From: Candidatus Heimdallarchaeota archaeon
GTDB lineage: Archaea > Asgardarchaeota > Heimdallarchaeia > Hodarchaeales > Hodarchaeaceae
Assembly: GCA_020348965.1 (NCBI GenBank)
Contig: CP070760.1
Span: 1,714,187 to 1,759,047, forward strand
Reading direction: 5' to 3'
Length of the DNA stretch: 44,861 nucleotides
Part shown: piece by piece, positions 18,806 to 28,327 of the stretch
Layout of the letters: every line of letters starts with the position of its first letter
Position numbering within the stretch: position 1 is the first letter of the stretch
The notes under the pieces: generated by a model
Database searches by the model: none
What the model was told of the DNA's origin: nothing
Seen by the model: only the letters and a program-made list of their open reading frames with translations
Translations under genes and position numbers: made by a program

Positions 18806-18845
18806 AATACCTCAGCTGTGACTGAAAATCCATTTTGAATGCAAG

Positions 18846-19388
18846 TTAATCCTCATCGGCTTTCCAGCTAAGCTTCCTTCTCATTACTTTCCCCCAATAC
18901 TTGAATTCCTTTAATTTTCGTTCAAGTTGTTCTTGTTCCTTAATTATGGTTTCCAAAGGTCGGTTTGGTTCAATTTTTGCCGTTTCTTCATCAAGAAAAT
19001 CGTCAGTCAATTGTTGGATGGTTTCTTTGTATTGATTCACAATTTGACTCAATTTAAGAACCGTGTCATGAATTTCATTTAGATACTTCTCTATTTTAGA
19101 TAGATTGGTCTCAAAGGAATTAAGCAATCCTGTCAATGTTCCTGTACCAGTTGTGAATTCATTAACTTCTTGAACGTGGGTATTCATCCTGCTAAATATT
19201 TGTGTAAAGGCCATTAACGCATTCATATGATTTCTAGAATACCCTTCTTGCATTTGCTTCATCACCTGATGCTGGAACGACCTTGTGTTACTTTGAATCA
19301 GGTCGACACTTGATTGAAGTGTTTCAGCAGTGTCAGAGAGTAATGATAAAGTTAAGTCAAATTTTTCCTTTAAGCTGGGAGATGTCAT
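18846..19388 (-). CDS. Hypothetical all-helical coiled-coil protein
   Basis: About 180 aa with heptad-like Q/E/L-rich sequence and an acidic C-terminus. ATG at 19388; the track uses GTG at 19400. Confidence 0.55.
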   Translation of the reverse strand: MTSPSLKEKFDLTLSLLSDTAETLQSSVDLIQSNTRSFQHQVMKQMQEGYSRNHMNALMAFTQIFSRMNTHVQEVNEFTTGTGTLTGLLNSFETNLSKIEKYLNEIHDTVLKLSQIVNQYKETIQQLTDDFLDEETAKIEPNRPLETIIKEQEQLERKLKEFKYWGKVMRRKLSWKADED

Positions 19389-19548
19389 TGACAAAGCCAC
19401 TCTACCGATGAATTAAAGACATGGACCTATTTTCGTGTTCTTTCCCGAAAGTAATTTCATTTATAAAACAATTGTTACTTTATTTCATCTAAAAATTATA
19501 CCAAATTGGTCAAGTTTAAAAATAACTATTTTATTTTCTGCTAAAACA

Positions 19549-19566
19549 TCCACCAAGCTTGGTGGA
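19549..19566. promoter_or_regulatory. Perfect 18-bp palindrome upstream of the DUF362/Fe-S gene (candidate dimeric-regulator operator)
   Basis: TCCACCAAGCTTGGTGGA is its own reverse complement. It ends 82 nt upstream of the ATG at 19648, upstream of an AATAATTTT TATA-like box. Confidence 0.4.
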
Positions 19567-19647
19567 GAAGAGGGGTTTCATCTAGAATAATTTTCACAAT
19601 GACACTCAAGGATATCATCCAAAATTCGCATTAGGAATGAAAAGAAG

Positions 19648-20841
19648 ATGTCTGCTAAAGTTTATTATGGTTCTCTTCAGCACGGAACCAATGCTAAATT
19701 CGCTACTTTTGCTGCAAAAGTCGACAAAGTCGTCGAAATGCTTGATTTTTCAACAATTGAGAAAAATGACAAAGTTGCTGTTAAGATGCATCTGGGATTC
19801 CAAGATGTTTATCAAACGGTTCCTGTGTTTTTCATCCGACGTATCGTGAAAGCGATCAAAAAGGCTGGAGGATGGCCATTTATTACTGACAATCCAACCG
19901 CTGTTTATAATGCGGTTGATCGTGGGTATACCCAAGAAACCTGTGGCTGTCCCATCATTCCCATCAGTGGTGTTAAAGATGGGTATATCGTTGAGAAACG
20001 TGTGGATTATAAAAACGTTGATACAATTGACATGGCTGGTGTTCTACACGATGCTGATGTGTTAGTTGATGTGAGTCATATCAAAGGTCACAACTCGTGT
20101 GGGTTTGGAGGCGCTATCAAAAACATTGCCGTTGGAGGATATGCTGCCCAAACACGGTGGAACAAACTCCATGGAGTGGAGCAGTCTATTCCTTACTGGG
20201 ATGCTGAAAAATGTACTCCTGAACACGCCAAAGAATTAGTACTCTCTTGTCCTTACAAACAGATGAAATATGATGAGGAGAAACACAAACTCACCATTCC
20301 TTTTGGCATGTGTAACCAGTGCGCTGAATGCTTAGAGGCGGATAAGGATGTGGGCTGCTTGGAATATCGTCAAGAACATTTCTCGGCGTTTCAAGAGTTA
20401 TTAGCAATTGCTGCAAAACAGGTTTTAGATACATTTGATGAGAAAAAGAGGTTCTTTCTCAGTTTCTTGATAGAAATAACTGCAATGTGCGATTGCTGGG
20501 GATTTGCCCAGCCCTGTGTGGTAAACGACATAGGTGTCTTAGGTAGTAGAGATATAGTAGCGATTGAAACTGCCGCTCTAGATCTGATAAAGCAAGAGGG
20601 ACTCATTGTGAAAAATGTTCCACCCCACTTCCATCATGTTAATCTAGATCCAGGTACCGACCTCCATCCTTTTCAACGTCTGCATGGGCCTATGAAGAAT
20701 CCATATTTAGCTGTTGAATTCGCGAAAGATTTCGGACTAGGTTCCCAAAAATATGAGCTGATCGAGGTTCTTTCTCCCGAAGAAACAATGAAAGCTGAGC
20801 CTCCTAAAGGTGTCAGTGAGAGAGATCCTTCTTTTTACTGA
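19648..20841 (+). CDS. DUF362-family protein with Cys-rich (putative Fe-S) insert (COG2768-like)
   Basis: KMHLG...ITDNP, HIKGHNSCGFGGAIKNIAVG, and Cys clusters CNQCAECLEADKDVGC and CDCWGFAQPC. Confidence 0.65.
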   Translation: MSAKVYYGSLQHGTNAKFATFAAKVDKVVEMLDFSTIEKNDKVAVKMHLGFQDVYQTVPVFFIRRIVKAIKKAGGWPFITDNPTAVYNAVDRGYTQETCGCPIIPISGVKDGYIVEKRVDYKNVDTIDMAGVLHDADVLVDVSHIKGHNSCGFGGAIKNIAVGGYAAQTRWNKLHGVEQSIPYWDAEKCTPEHAKELVLSCPYKQMKYDEEKHKLTIPFGMCNQCAECLEADKDVGCLEYRQEHFSAFQELLAIAAKQVLDTFDEKKRFFLSFLIEITAMCDCWGFAQPCVVNDIGVLGSRDIVAIETAALDLIKQEGLIVKNVPPHFHHVNLDPGTDLHPFQRLHGPMKNPYLAVEFAKDFGLGSQKYELIEVLSPEETMKAEPPKGVSERDPSFY

Positions 20842-20875
20842 TTACAAGTCAAGAGGTAAGAATCTCGATGGACAT

Positions 20876-22510
20876 TCATTGTGCTTTACTTAGATGACCT
20901 TGACAATAGGGACATTGAACCATTCCTGCACTTTTGGCATCATTAAAACAATCTTCGCACACCATCCGAGAACACTTATCACATTGGTATGCTGAGTCCG
21001 TTGCTGGGTGCTGCTCATTATCTAATTGGCAAAAAAATGATTTCCTTTTAACAACTTTTACAGGACGAGCTTCACCGCAATTTCGGCAAAATTTGTCTGC
21101 TTCCAGAAATTCTGTTCCACATTTCTGGCAAAGATTTGATTGCTGATCTTTCATTGATTCTATCATATACGCGAAAGATTTGGATAACTGACCTATTTCA
21201 TCATCTTGTGCTGAAGAACTATCAAATTCCACTTTTTGGATAAAATCTTTTTCTGTTACATGACTAACAATATTTAACGCAGATTCACTTAAATTAGCAA
21301 TTGGTTTGGATATTCTATCCGCCAATAAAAGTCCGACAACTAGTACCGCACTAAATATTACCACGACCACAAATATTGTTGTATATGTCACTTGTAACTG
21401 TGTGTTGTCAATATTTTTTTCTATATCAATAACTGTTTCAACTGCTTCAGCTTCTTTAACGAAAATAAGAAGAACAAAATAGCTAGTTACTGGTGAATGA
21501 GAGACTAGGTAATTCTTATCCTCCTTAATGTATTTGTATATGCCTTCCTCATTAGATGAGATTATTTGAAGAACAGAACTATTCATTTCTTCAAGGTCAC
21601 TGATTAACAAAAGCTCAGTCGTCGTTTCACTCCAACGAGGGTGAGCAATGGTTTGACCGCCCTTTAAAATACCTTGTAAAATTAGTGCTGCATATCCTGA
21701 TGTCAAAAATTCTATATCATTGACTATCTCTCGTAAGTCATCTAATTTATAGTCTGCAGCTACAACACCTATTTCTCCATCGTCATCATATATTTTTTTA
21801 GCTGCTGATATTACCCACTCGTCGACTACTGGATCAACATAGGGATCAGTTATGATTATTGTGCCTCTGCTTGCATCGCTTGCTTCTGTATACCAATGGT
21901 CATGTGTTGGATTATACGAACGATCTGTAGATATTATACTGGCAGGATATCGACGTAAAATATCTCCTTCTTTGAAAGCTACCTTAAACCAAGCAAATTC
22001 TGGATAGTCGTTAAAAAACGACTTGAAAACTACATCGAGATGAGACGATTTACTTATTGTGTCATTCATTTCAAGTGTAATTACTGATAAATTATTTATT
22101 GTTGTGAAGGGAACATAATATGATGAAGCGTAAGTAGATATGATAACACTGTAATTTTCATGAATTTTTGATTGTGGTATGTTACTGACATTTAGATCGA
22201 GATAACTACTCTTAAATCCATAGACATCTAGATCGCTCGAAAATAATTGTTCTACCGCGTTCGCAAGTGATTTAACAATTGCTTCTGCTGTGTACACCTT
22301 TCGTTCTATGATTTGAGCTGTTTCATTCGCTGATAGTAACATGTTCCTATTGATCTGATCATCCATGGCCTTAGTTGCTAGTCTCTGCGTATTTCCTCCT
22401 ACAAGATTAATATTAATTAATGCAATAGATGAAATAACTAATAAAATGATACTAGCCAATATAATGAAAGAGCCTAAAATTTGAGTTCTAAGATCTAATT
22501 TCTCAAGCAT
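20876..22510 (-). CDS. Membrane sensor: TM - dCache-like ectodomain - TM - HAMP-like - zinc ribbon - Cys-rich zinc module
   Basis: Two TM helices flank a roughly 330-aa ectodomain with Cache hallmarks (HDHWY; DPYVDPVVDEWVISAAKKIYDDDGEIGVVAADYKLDDL). HAMP-like DEIGQLSKSFAYMIESM. The C-terminus has CxxC-x10-CxxC, then CxxC-x4-CxxC-x11-CxxC. Confidence 0.75.
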   Translation of the reverse strand: MLEKLDLRTQILGSFIILASIILLVISSIALININLVGGNTQRLATKAMDDQINRNMLLSANETAQIIERKVYTAEAIVKSLANAVEQLFSSDLDVYGFKSSYLDLNVSNIPQSKIHENYSVIISTYASSYYVPFTTINNLSVITLEMNDTISKSSHLDVVFKSFFNDYPEFAWFKVAFKEGDILRRYPASIISTDRSYNPTHDHWYTEASDASRGTIIITDPYVDPVVDEWVISAAKKIYDDDGEIGVVAADYKLDDLREIVNDIEFLTSGYAALILQGILKGGQTIAHPRWSETTTELLLISDLEEMNSSVLQIISSNEEGIYKYIKEDKNYLVSHSPVTSYFVLLIFVKEAEAVETVIDIEKNIDNTQLQVTYTTIFVVVVIFSAVLVVGLLLADRISKPIANLSESALNIVSHVTEKDFIQKVEFDSSSAQDDEIGQLSKSFAYMIESMKDQQSNLCQKCGTEFLEADKFCRNCGEARPVKVVKRKSFFCQLDNEQHPATDSAYQCDKCSRMVCEDCFNDAKSAGMVQCPYCQGHLSKAQ

Positions 22511-22523
22511 TCTTGATCACTTC

Positions 22524-25199
22524 CTAGTAATCCGTAACAAACCCCTCGACTTCAAATTCTGCTAGCATTAGACTAACTTCCTCAAAAGCTTCAGTGATTG
22601 CCCCTGAGACTCCTGCTTCTATTTCAATGTATTTTCCTCTTGCTGAACTTTTACACATATTCTTGAGTTTATCTCTGTCTTTTAAATCTCCAACACCTAT
22701 TATTACGAGATTTGCGTCTACAGATTTTACTATCTTGTTTACAGAATTTGGGGTAAATTTCTTTGATGCGTTATCATCACCATCTGTTAGCACGATTATC
22801 CAACTTTCAATTCCACTCTTTCGAGCCATAATTGACTGATAAGCCATACCGATTGCGTCATACATTGCCGTTGTATAATTTGGGGACTTTAAGCGTTTTA
22901 CTTGTTCAACAAAATCTTTGGCATCTTTTTTCATTGCAAGTCTATATACTAGCCTAACCTGAGAATCAAATATGATTAAAGATACATAATCGACATCTCT
23001 TACCTGATTAAAGAAAATATTAACGATCCCTTTTCTTGCATCTCTGATTCTTGTTCCAGCCATGCTGCCTGAATAGTCTAATACAAAAATCAATTCTCTT
23101 GTTGCTGATACTCGCGAAGTAAGCTCTTTTAGTTTATCTTCTACTTCTGCAAGCTTGAGCTTATTATTTTCACGCTCGTAGATTTCCTGTAAGTTTAAAA
23201 GAGAAGTTCTAGAAACTCGGATATCTAGACTCTCAGCACGCTCAATCGCGTTAGAGAAAAACTCTTTTGCTTTTTCTAGATCCTCAATTATGTAATAATA
23301 GGTTCCTTTGTTCATCATTGCATAGGCAATTGCCCTCTCACTTCCAAGAGATTGTGCTATTTCATAACTCTCCTCTATTGCTCCTTTGGCATCATCAATT
23401 CTATTTTGTGCGAGATAAATTTGTCCTAGATTTCCATATCTTACAGCAAAGCCTCTAACATTATCGATTGATTTATCAAATTCTAAGGCTTTATTAAGGG
23501 ATTTTTCAGCTTCACCTAACCGGTCGATGGATTTGTACATCATTCCTAAATTGTTGTTTCGCGAAGCGAGAGCAATAGAATGCTCAGCTCTCTCATCCGT
23601 CTCTTTAAATTTTGCTAGTAAGGATTCCCCAATCTCAATTGCTTTCTTATATGATAATTCAGCTTCTTGATAATTCTTCCTTGCATTATGGATATTACCA
23701 ATATTATTATGACATATTCCAATTCCTTTAATATTGTCCAAAGTAGTAAATAATTCAAGCGCACTATTATAATTTGCCATCGCCTTGGCAAGATTTCCAG
23801 CGTAATACTCTTCATTACCAAAGCGTAATGCGGTTAATAATCCTCGAAAGGTATCATAAAGGACAACAATCTCCCTAGCTCCTCCCATTCTACCTTCTAA
23901 AGTACGATTTAAATTTCCTTTCGCAATCTGATCGGTTACATCAATTAATTCGGTAATTGGTTCAACAATTCGTTTTGAAATTACCCGAACCCCAAAAAAC
24001 ATGATTACTCCAACAACTCCAACAATTATTAGAAAGATCGTAGTCTGCATTATCAAGGCAAATAATGTTTGACTTCTTATTAAATTGGCATCTGCAAGAA
24101 TTGCACTTTCTTGAACAACAATTGCCAAACTATATTTACTCGTTTCAGATACATCAACAGGATAGTACGTTATATACCATAATTGATTATTCTTTCTATA
24201 AGATTCTTGACCATCATTTAGGTTTGTCATTTTTGTGAGAATAGAATTAGGAATAGGTTCAAGAACCGTAATAACTGGAGGATCCTCGGTTATATCCATA
24301 TCAGGATGCACATTGGTAATACCATCGGTATCTATCAAAAAAGCATATCCACTATTAAGAATCTGTAAACCTAAAATTGAATTCTCAATAGAACCGATGG
24401 TCAGATCAGCACCCATGATACCGATGAGTGTTCCATTATCGTATTCAACTGGCATTGTTGCAGTAACTCCGAGTTCATCTCCCGTAGCAAATAAATAAGG
24501 TACCGTAAAAGCAACAGATCCTGCTTCTTTTCCGTTACAATACCACGGACGAGCACGAGGATCATAACCTACAGTTGGGGTTTGTGTTCTACAATCATCA
24601 TATTCTTTTGTAGGATAGTGGTCAAGGTTTTTGTAAGGATAGGTTCTAAAGATTCCATGATATTCAAAGCCCAAGTAGAAAGTAATATATACTGGATTTG
24701 CAGTATAAACCGTTTTGAAAGCATGATCTAGGTTTGACGAGATATCGACTAAGGACCAAATCTTATTATTCAGGCTGCTTAATGGATTGAGGTCTGGATG
24801 AAATTCAGGAATGTACCATGCGCTAGCATAATAAGATCGCCCAGTTTCAGCGTCAAATTCGGGAGGTGTAGTTGATTCAACTGTAGTTTCTCCGTAGTAT
24901 GATGGCCGTGGTTGTATCGGGATTCTTCCATTGAATAAATCCTCTGCATAGTTTGCTAGAAAAGTAATTTCAGTAGCAATTTCCTCGAAGTAAGATTTTA
25001 CAAGAGAGGATTTATCTCTCGCTAACCTATTTAAATTAAGTAGTTCTTCATCTAAAGTGATTTCTGCTGCTTCGTCTGCTGCTGCGGATGAAAAAATTAT
25101 TGTTGCTATTGAAGAAAAACCTACAATGACTAGAACTCCAATAATTATTGTTCCTAAGAAAGTTACAATAATTTTTTTACCGATTTTCGTTCCTTCCAA
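22524..25199 (-). CDS. Membrane sensor: TM - dCache-like ectodomain - TM - HAMP - TPR repeats - coiled coil - vWA (MIDAS) domain
   Basis: YDPRARPWY and GIMGADLTIGSI Cache motifs. HAMP (ISKRIVEPITELIDVTDQIAKGNL). About 6 TPR units. C-terminal vWA with MIDAS DYSGS...T...LTDGDDN. TTG start directly after an in-frame TAG. Confidence 0.8.
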   Translation of the reverse strand: MEGTKIGKKIIVTFLGTIIIGVLVIVGFSSIATIIFSSAAADEAAEITLDEELLNLNRLARDKSSLVKSYFEEIATEITFLANYAEDLFNGRIPIQPRPSYYGETTVESTTPPEFDAETGRSYYASAWYIPEFHPDLNPLSSLNNKIWSLVDISSNLDHAFKTVYTANPVYITFYLGFEYHGIFRTYPYKNLDHYPTKEYDDCRTQTPTVGYDPRARPWYCNGKEAGSVAFTVPYLFATGDELGVTATMPVEYDNGTLIGIMGADLTIGSIENSILGLQILNSGYAFLIDTDGITNVHPDMDITEDPPVITVLEPIPNSILTKMTNLNDGQESYRKNNQLWYITYYPVDVSETSKYSLAIVVQESAILADANLIRSQTLFALIMQTTIFLIIVGVVGVIMFFGVRVISKRIVEPITELIDVTDQIAKGNLNRTLEGRMGGAREIVVLYDTFRGLLTALRFGNEEYYAGNLAKAMANYNSALELFTTLDNIKGIGICHNNIGNIHNARKNYQEAELSYKKAIEIGESLLAKFKETDERAEHSIALASRNNNLGMMYKSIDRLGEAEKSLNKALEFDKSIDNVRGFAVRYGNLGQIYLAQNRIDDAKGAIEESYEIAQSLGSERAIAYAMMNKGTYYYIIEDLEKAKEFFSNAIERAESLDIRVSRTSLLNLQEIYERENNKLKLAEVEDKLKELTSRVSATRELIFVLDYSGSMAGTRIRDARKGIVNIFFNQVRDVDYVSLIIFDSQVRLVYRLAMKKDAKDFVEQVKRLKSPNYTTAMYDAIGMAYQSIMARKSGIESWIIVLTDGDDNASKKFTPNSVNKIVKSVDANLVIIGVGDLKDRDKLKNMCKSSARGKYIEIEAGVSGAITEAFEEVSLMLAEFEVEGFVTDY

Positions 25200-25446
25200 C
25201 TCCTACTAATCGTGTCGAATCCATAATTTTATTGATTCACGACTATTCTCATAGGTCTGTCATCTTTTATGTGTTTGGAATATAGCTGAACTATATTTTC
25301 TTATAGGTAAGATTTAATGAAAAAATGTCGTTCCTTCCGAAATTATTTCTTAAGAATATTTATTTATCAATTCAAAAGCTATAAAACCATCTTTTCACCT
25401 CTCCTCGCAAAGTATATTAAATGAGTTTGTCTTACCTGTGATCACT

Positions 25447-26526
25447 ATGACTTTTAAACGAATACTCTTGGAAGAATGGTTTGATAAGTACCAGTTTGAA
25501 GTAGACTATGATATTGGGGAGAGTGGAGTCAAGTTCTTCAAACTTGGGCAACTAGACTTAGACCTAGATAATGTAGAATTACGATATACTCAACATTTAG
25601 GAAATCCTGAATTAAGAAAAGTGATTGCTTTTTTCTACGAGAATCTTACTTGGCAGAATGTCGCAGTTACAACTGGAGCAGCAGAATCAATTTTTTCAAT
25701 AATGGCCTCTCTTACCAATAAAAAAGATCACCTTATTGTTGAGTGCCCTAATTATCCCTCGTTTTGGTACATCCCGCAGTCTCTAGAGAGGCAAATGGAG
25801 CTTTTCTTCTTGGAGTTTGAGGAGAAATTCCAACCAACCCTTGAAACCCTTACAGGAATGATTAAACCGAACACGAAACTTATTTGTTTGACTCACCCCA
25901 ACAATCCAACAGGATCAGTGATCACAGAAAAATGGTTAAGACAAATAATTGAGATCATTGAAGAACGACAAATCTATTTGCTCATGGATGAGACCTATAG
26001 AGATTTAACATTCAGTGATCCGTTACCTCCTGCGGCTAGTTTAAGTTCTAATGTAATCAGCGTTTCGACTATGTCAAAAGTGTTTGGGGTTCCAGGAATA
26101 CGGATAGGATGGACCGCCAGTCTTGATGAAAGTATAATCCAAGGACTCTTAAAAGTTCGAGAACAAACCACCATTTGTAACTCGGCTTTAAATGAAGCCA
26201 TTGCCCTCCAGCTATTACAAAAAAAGGACAAACTCCTTGTTGATATTTTACATCGTGTTAAATCAAATTACAAGATAGTTGAGGATTGGATGAAGAACCA
26301 AGAGAATCTAGAAATGATCCCTCCTGAAGGTGGAGTAACCTGCTTTCCCCGATTTAAGGATTCAACAGAGAAGCTGTGTCGCTTCTTAGTAGAAAAGTAT
26401 CGTACTTTTACCGTCCCTGGCTATTGTTTTAACATGGACTCCTTCTTCCGTATTGGTTTTGGAGGAGAATCCGAAGAATTAAAGAGTGGTCTCGAAAAAC
26501 TTGATTTAGCGATTGATGAAATTTGA
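25447..26526 (+). CDS. PLP-dependent aminotransferase, class I/II fold
   Basis: HPNNPTG, DETY, and the PLP-lysine region STMSKVFGVPGIRIGW. Confidence 0.85.
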   Translation: MTFKRILLEEWFDKYQFEVDYDIGESGVKFFKLGQLDLDLDNVELRYTQHLGNPELRKVIAFFYENLTWQNVAVTTGAAESIFSIMASLTNKKDHLIVECPNYPSFWYIPQSLERQMELFFLEFEEKFQPTLETLTGMIKPNTKLICLTHPNNPTGSVITEKWLRQIIEIIEERQIYLLMDETYRDLTFSDPLPPAASLSSNVISVSTMSKVFGVPGIRIGWTASLDESIIQGLLKVREQTTICNSALNEAIALQLLQKKDKLLVDILHRVKSNYKIVEDWMKNQENLEMIPPEGGVTCFPRFKDSTEKLCRFLVEKYRTFTVPGYCFNMDSFFRIGFGGESEELKSGLEKLDLAIDEI

Positions 26527-26644
26527 TCTCATCCTCAAATAAAAGAAATATACTTTTGTTTATAATTTCAATAAAGTGATACACAAAAAGTATTTCTTTA
26601 ACCTAGATATCCTTATGTCCACTATTGAAGAAGGAGAATTCGTA

Positions 26645-28306
26645 ATGAAGATTATCAAGGGATTTCCAGCTACTTCCCAAGCCTACCAATTGAATGTAAC
26701 AAACATTCTCAGACATGGAGCAAGGAACTTTGGTAGACAAGAAATTGTCAGTAGGAAATATGACGGAACGATTTTTCGTTACACTTATAGGGACGCTTAC
26801 ACCCGTGTAAAGCGTCTAGCCAGTTCTTTAAGTTCTTTGGAGATATCCGTTGGAGATAAGATTGGGGTTCTTGCTTGGAATAACTACCGCCATTTTGAGT
26901 TATATTATGGACTTCCTGGTACTGGAGCAGTCATGCTTCTTCTGAACTTGCGTCTTGCTCCTCAAGAATTGAGTTACGTTATCAACCATGCGGAAGCTAA
27001 ATTCATCTTCTTTGATGAAGACCTCTTAAAGGTTGCAGAATCAATTGCGCCCTTATGCAGGACAGTCAAAGGTTATTTTATCATCTCAGATAAACCGTTG
27101 AGGGATATAAAAACATCTCTTAAGCCAGTTTATAGTTATGAAGAAATAATAAAGGAAGCGAATCCAGATTTTGAATGGCCTAACATTGCAGAGACCTCCG
27201 CTTATTCTGCTTGTTACACCAGTGGTACCACCGGTAAACCGAAAGGAGTTTATTATTCTCACCGTGATGTTTACCTTCAAGCCATGATGTACACTGCTAA
27301 TGCTTCGATTTCGATAAATGACTGCCTTCTCCAAATTGTCCCAATGTTTCATGTCTTGGGTTGGGGTTCTCCTTATGCAGCGACACTAGTAGGAGCTAAA
27401 CTCGTTTTTCCTGGAAGGTACCATTTAAATGATTTAGGAGAACTCATAGAACTTCTAGCTCAGGAGAAGGTGACTGTTTCCAACGGAGCTCCAGCTATCT
27501 TAATGCCTATGTTAGAACACATTCGAAAAATGGATCCAAAACCCGATCTATCAAATACACGGTTTATTTCGGGGGCCTCGGAACCTCCTATTGCAATGAT
27601 GAAGGGGTTTCGGAATTTGACTGGAGCAGAAATCGTTCACTCCTATGGTTCAACCGAAGCACATGCTATTGTGACGTTGAACCGAGTTACGCCAGCATTA
27701 GAGGAGGAGCTTTCAGAGGAAGAGCGGTGGGATCTCAAAAGAAAGCAGGGGTATATAGTTGTCGGACTCGACGTTAAAATTGTTGATGAATTTGGTAATG
27801 AAGTACCTCATGATGGCAAGTCAGCTGGAGAAATACTTATCCGTGGGCCATGGGTTTCAGGGAGTTATTATAATACACCTGGTTCTGAGGTTCAATTTAC
27901 CGAAGATGGATATTTTAAGAGTGGAGATGTTGGAACGATTGACCCAGAGGGATTTTTGAAAATTACAGATCGACTTAAGGATCTGATTAAGAGCGGTGGG
28001 GAATGGATCTCTTCGGTGGACATGGAGAATGCCATTATCTCTCATCCGTCCGTTCTTGAAGCAGCTGTTGTGGGTTGTCCTCATCCTAAATGGGAGGAAC
28101 GTCCTTTAGCCTTAGTAGTCTTAAGAGATGAATTTAAAACCAAGGTTTCGAAAGATACAATCCGTACACACCTTCTTGAGAAATTTGCTAAGTGGCAGCT
28201 CCCTGATGAGATCCTTTTTGTGGATACAATATTAAAAACCAGTGTAGGGAAGATAGATAAGAAAGCAATTCGAGTAGAGTATAAGGACATATATGTAAGT
28301 GAGTAA
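26645..28306 (+). CDS. AMP-dependent acyl-CoA synthetase/ligase (fatty-acid--CoA ligase family)
   Basis: AMP-binding motif YTSGTTGKPKGV; YGSTE; GDVG...DRLKDLIKSGGEWIS; terminal GKIDKK. GAAGGAG lies 8 nt upstream of the ATG at 26645. Confidence 0.9.
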   Translation: MKIIKGFPATSQAYQLNVTNILRHGARNFGRQEIVSRKYDGTIFRYTYRDAYTRVKRLASSLSSLEISVGDKIGVLAWNNYRHFELYYGLPGTGAVMLLLNLRLAPQELSYVINHAEAKFIFFDEDLLKVAESIAPLCRTVKGYFIISDKPLRDIKTSLKPVYSYEEIIKEANPDFEWPNIAETSAYSACYTSGTTGKPKGVYYSHRDVYLQAMMYTANASISINDCLLQIVPMFHVLGWGSPYAATLVGAKLVFPGRYHLNDLGELIELLAQEKVTVSNGAPAILMPMLEHIRKMDPKPDLSNTRFISGASEPPIAMMKGFRNLTGAEIVHSYGSTEAHAIVTLNRVTPALEEELSEEERWDLKRKQGYIVVGLDVKIVDEFGNEVPHDGKSAGEILIRGPWVSGSYYNTPGSEVQFTEDGYFKSGDVGTIDPEGFLKITDRLKDLIKSGGEWISSVDMENAIISHPSVLEAAVVGCPHPKWEERPLALVVLRDEFKTKVSKDTIRTHLLEKFAKWQLPDEILFVDTILKTSVGKIDKKAIRVEYKDIYVSE

Positions 28307-28327
28307 CTCAAGATAAAGAGCTACGAA

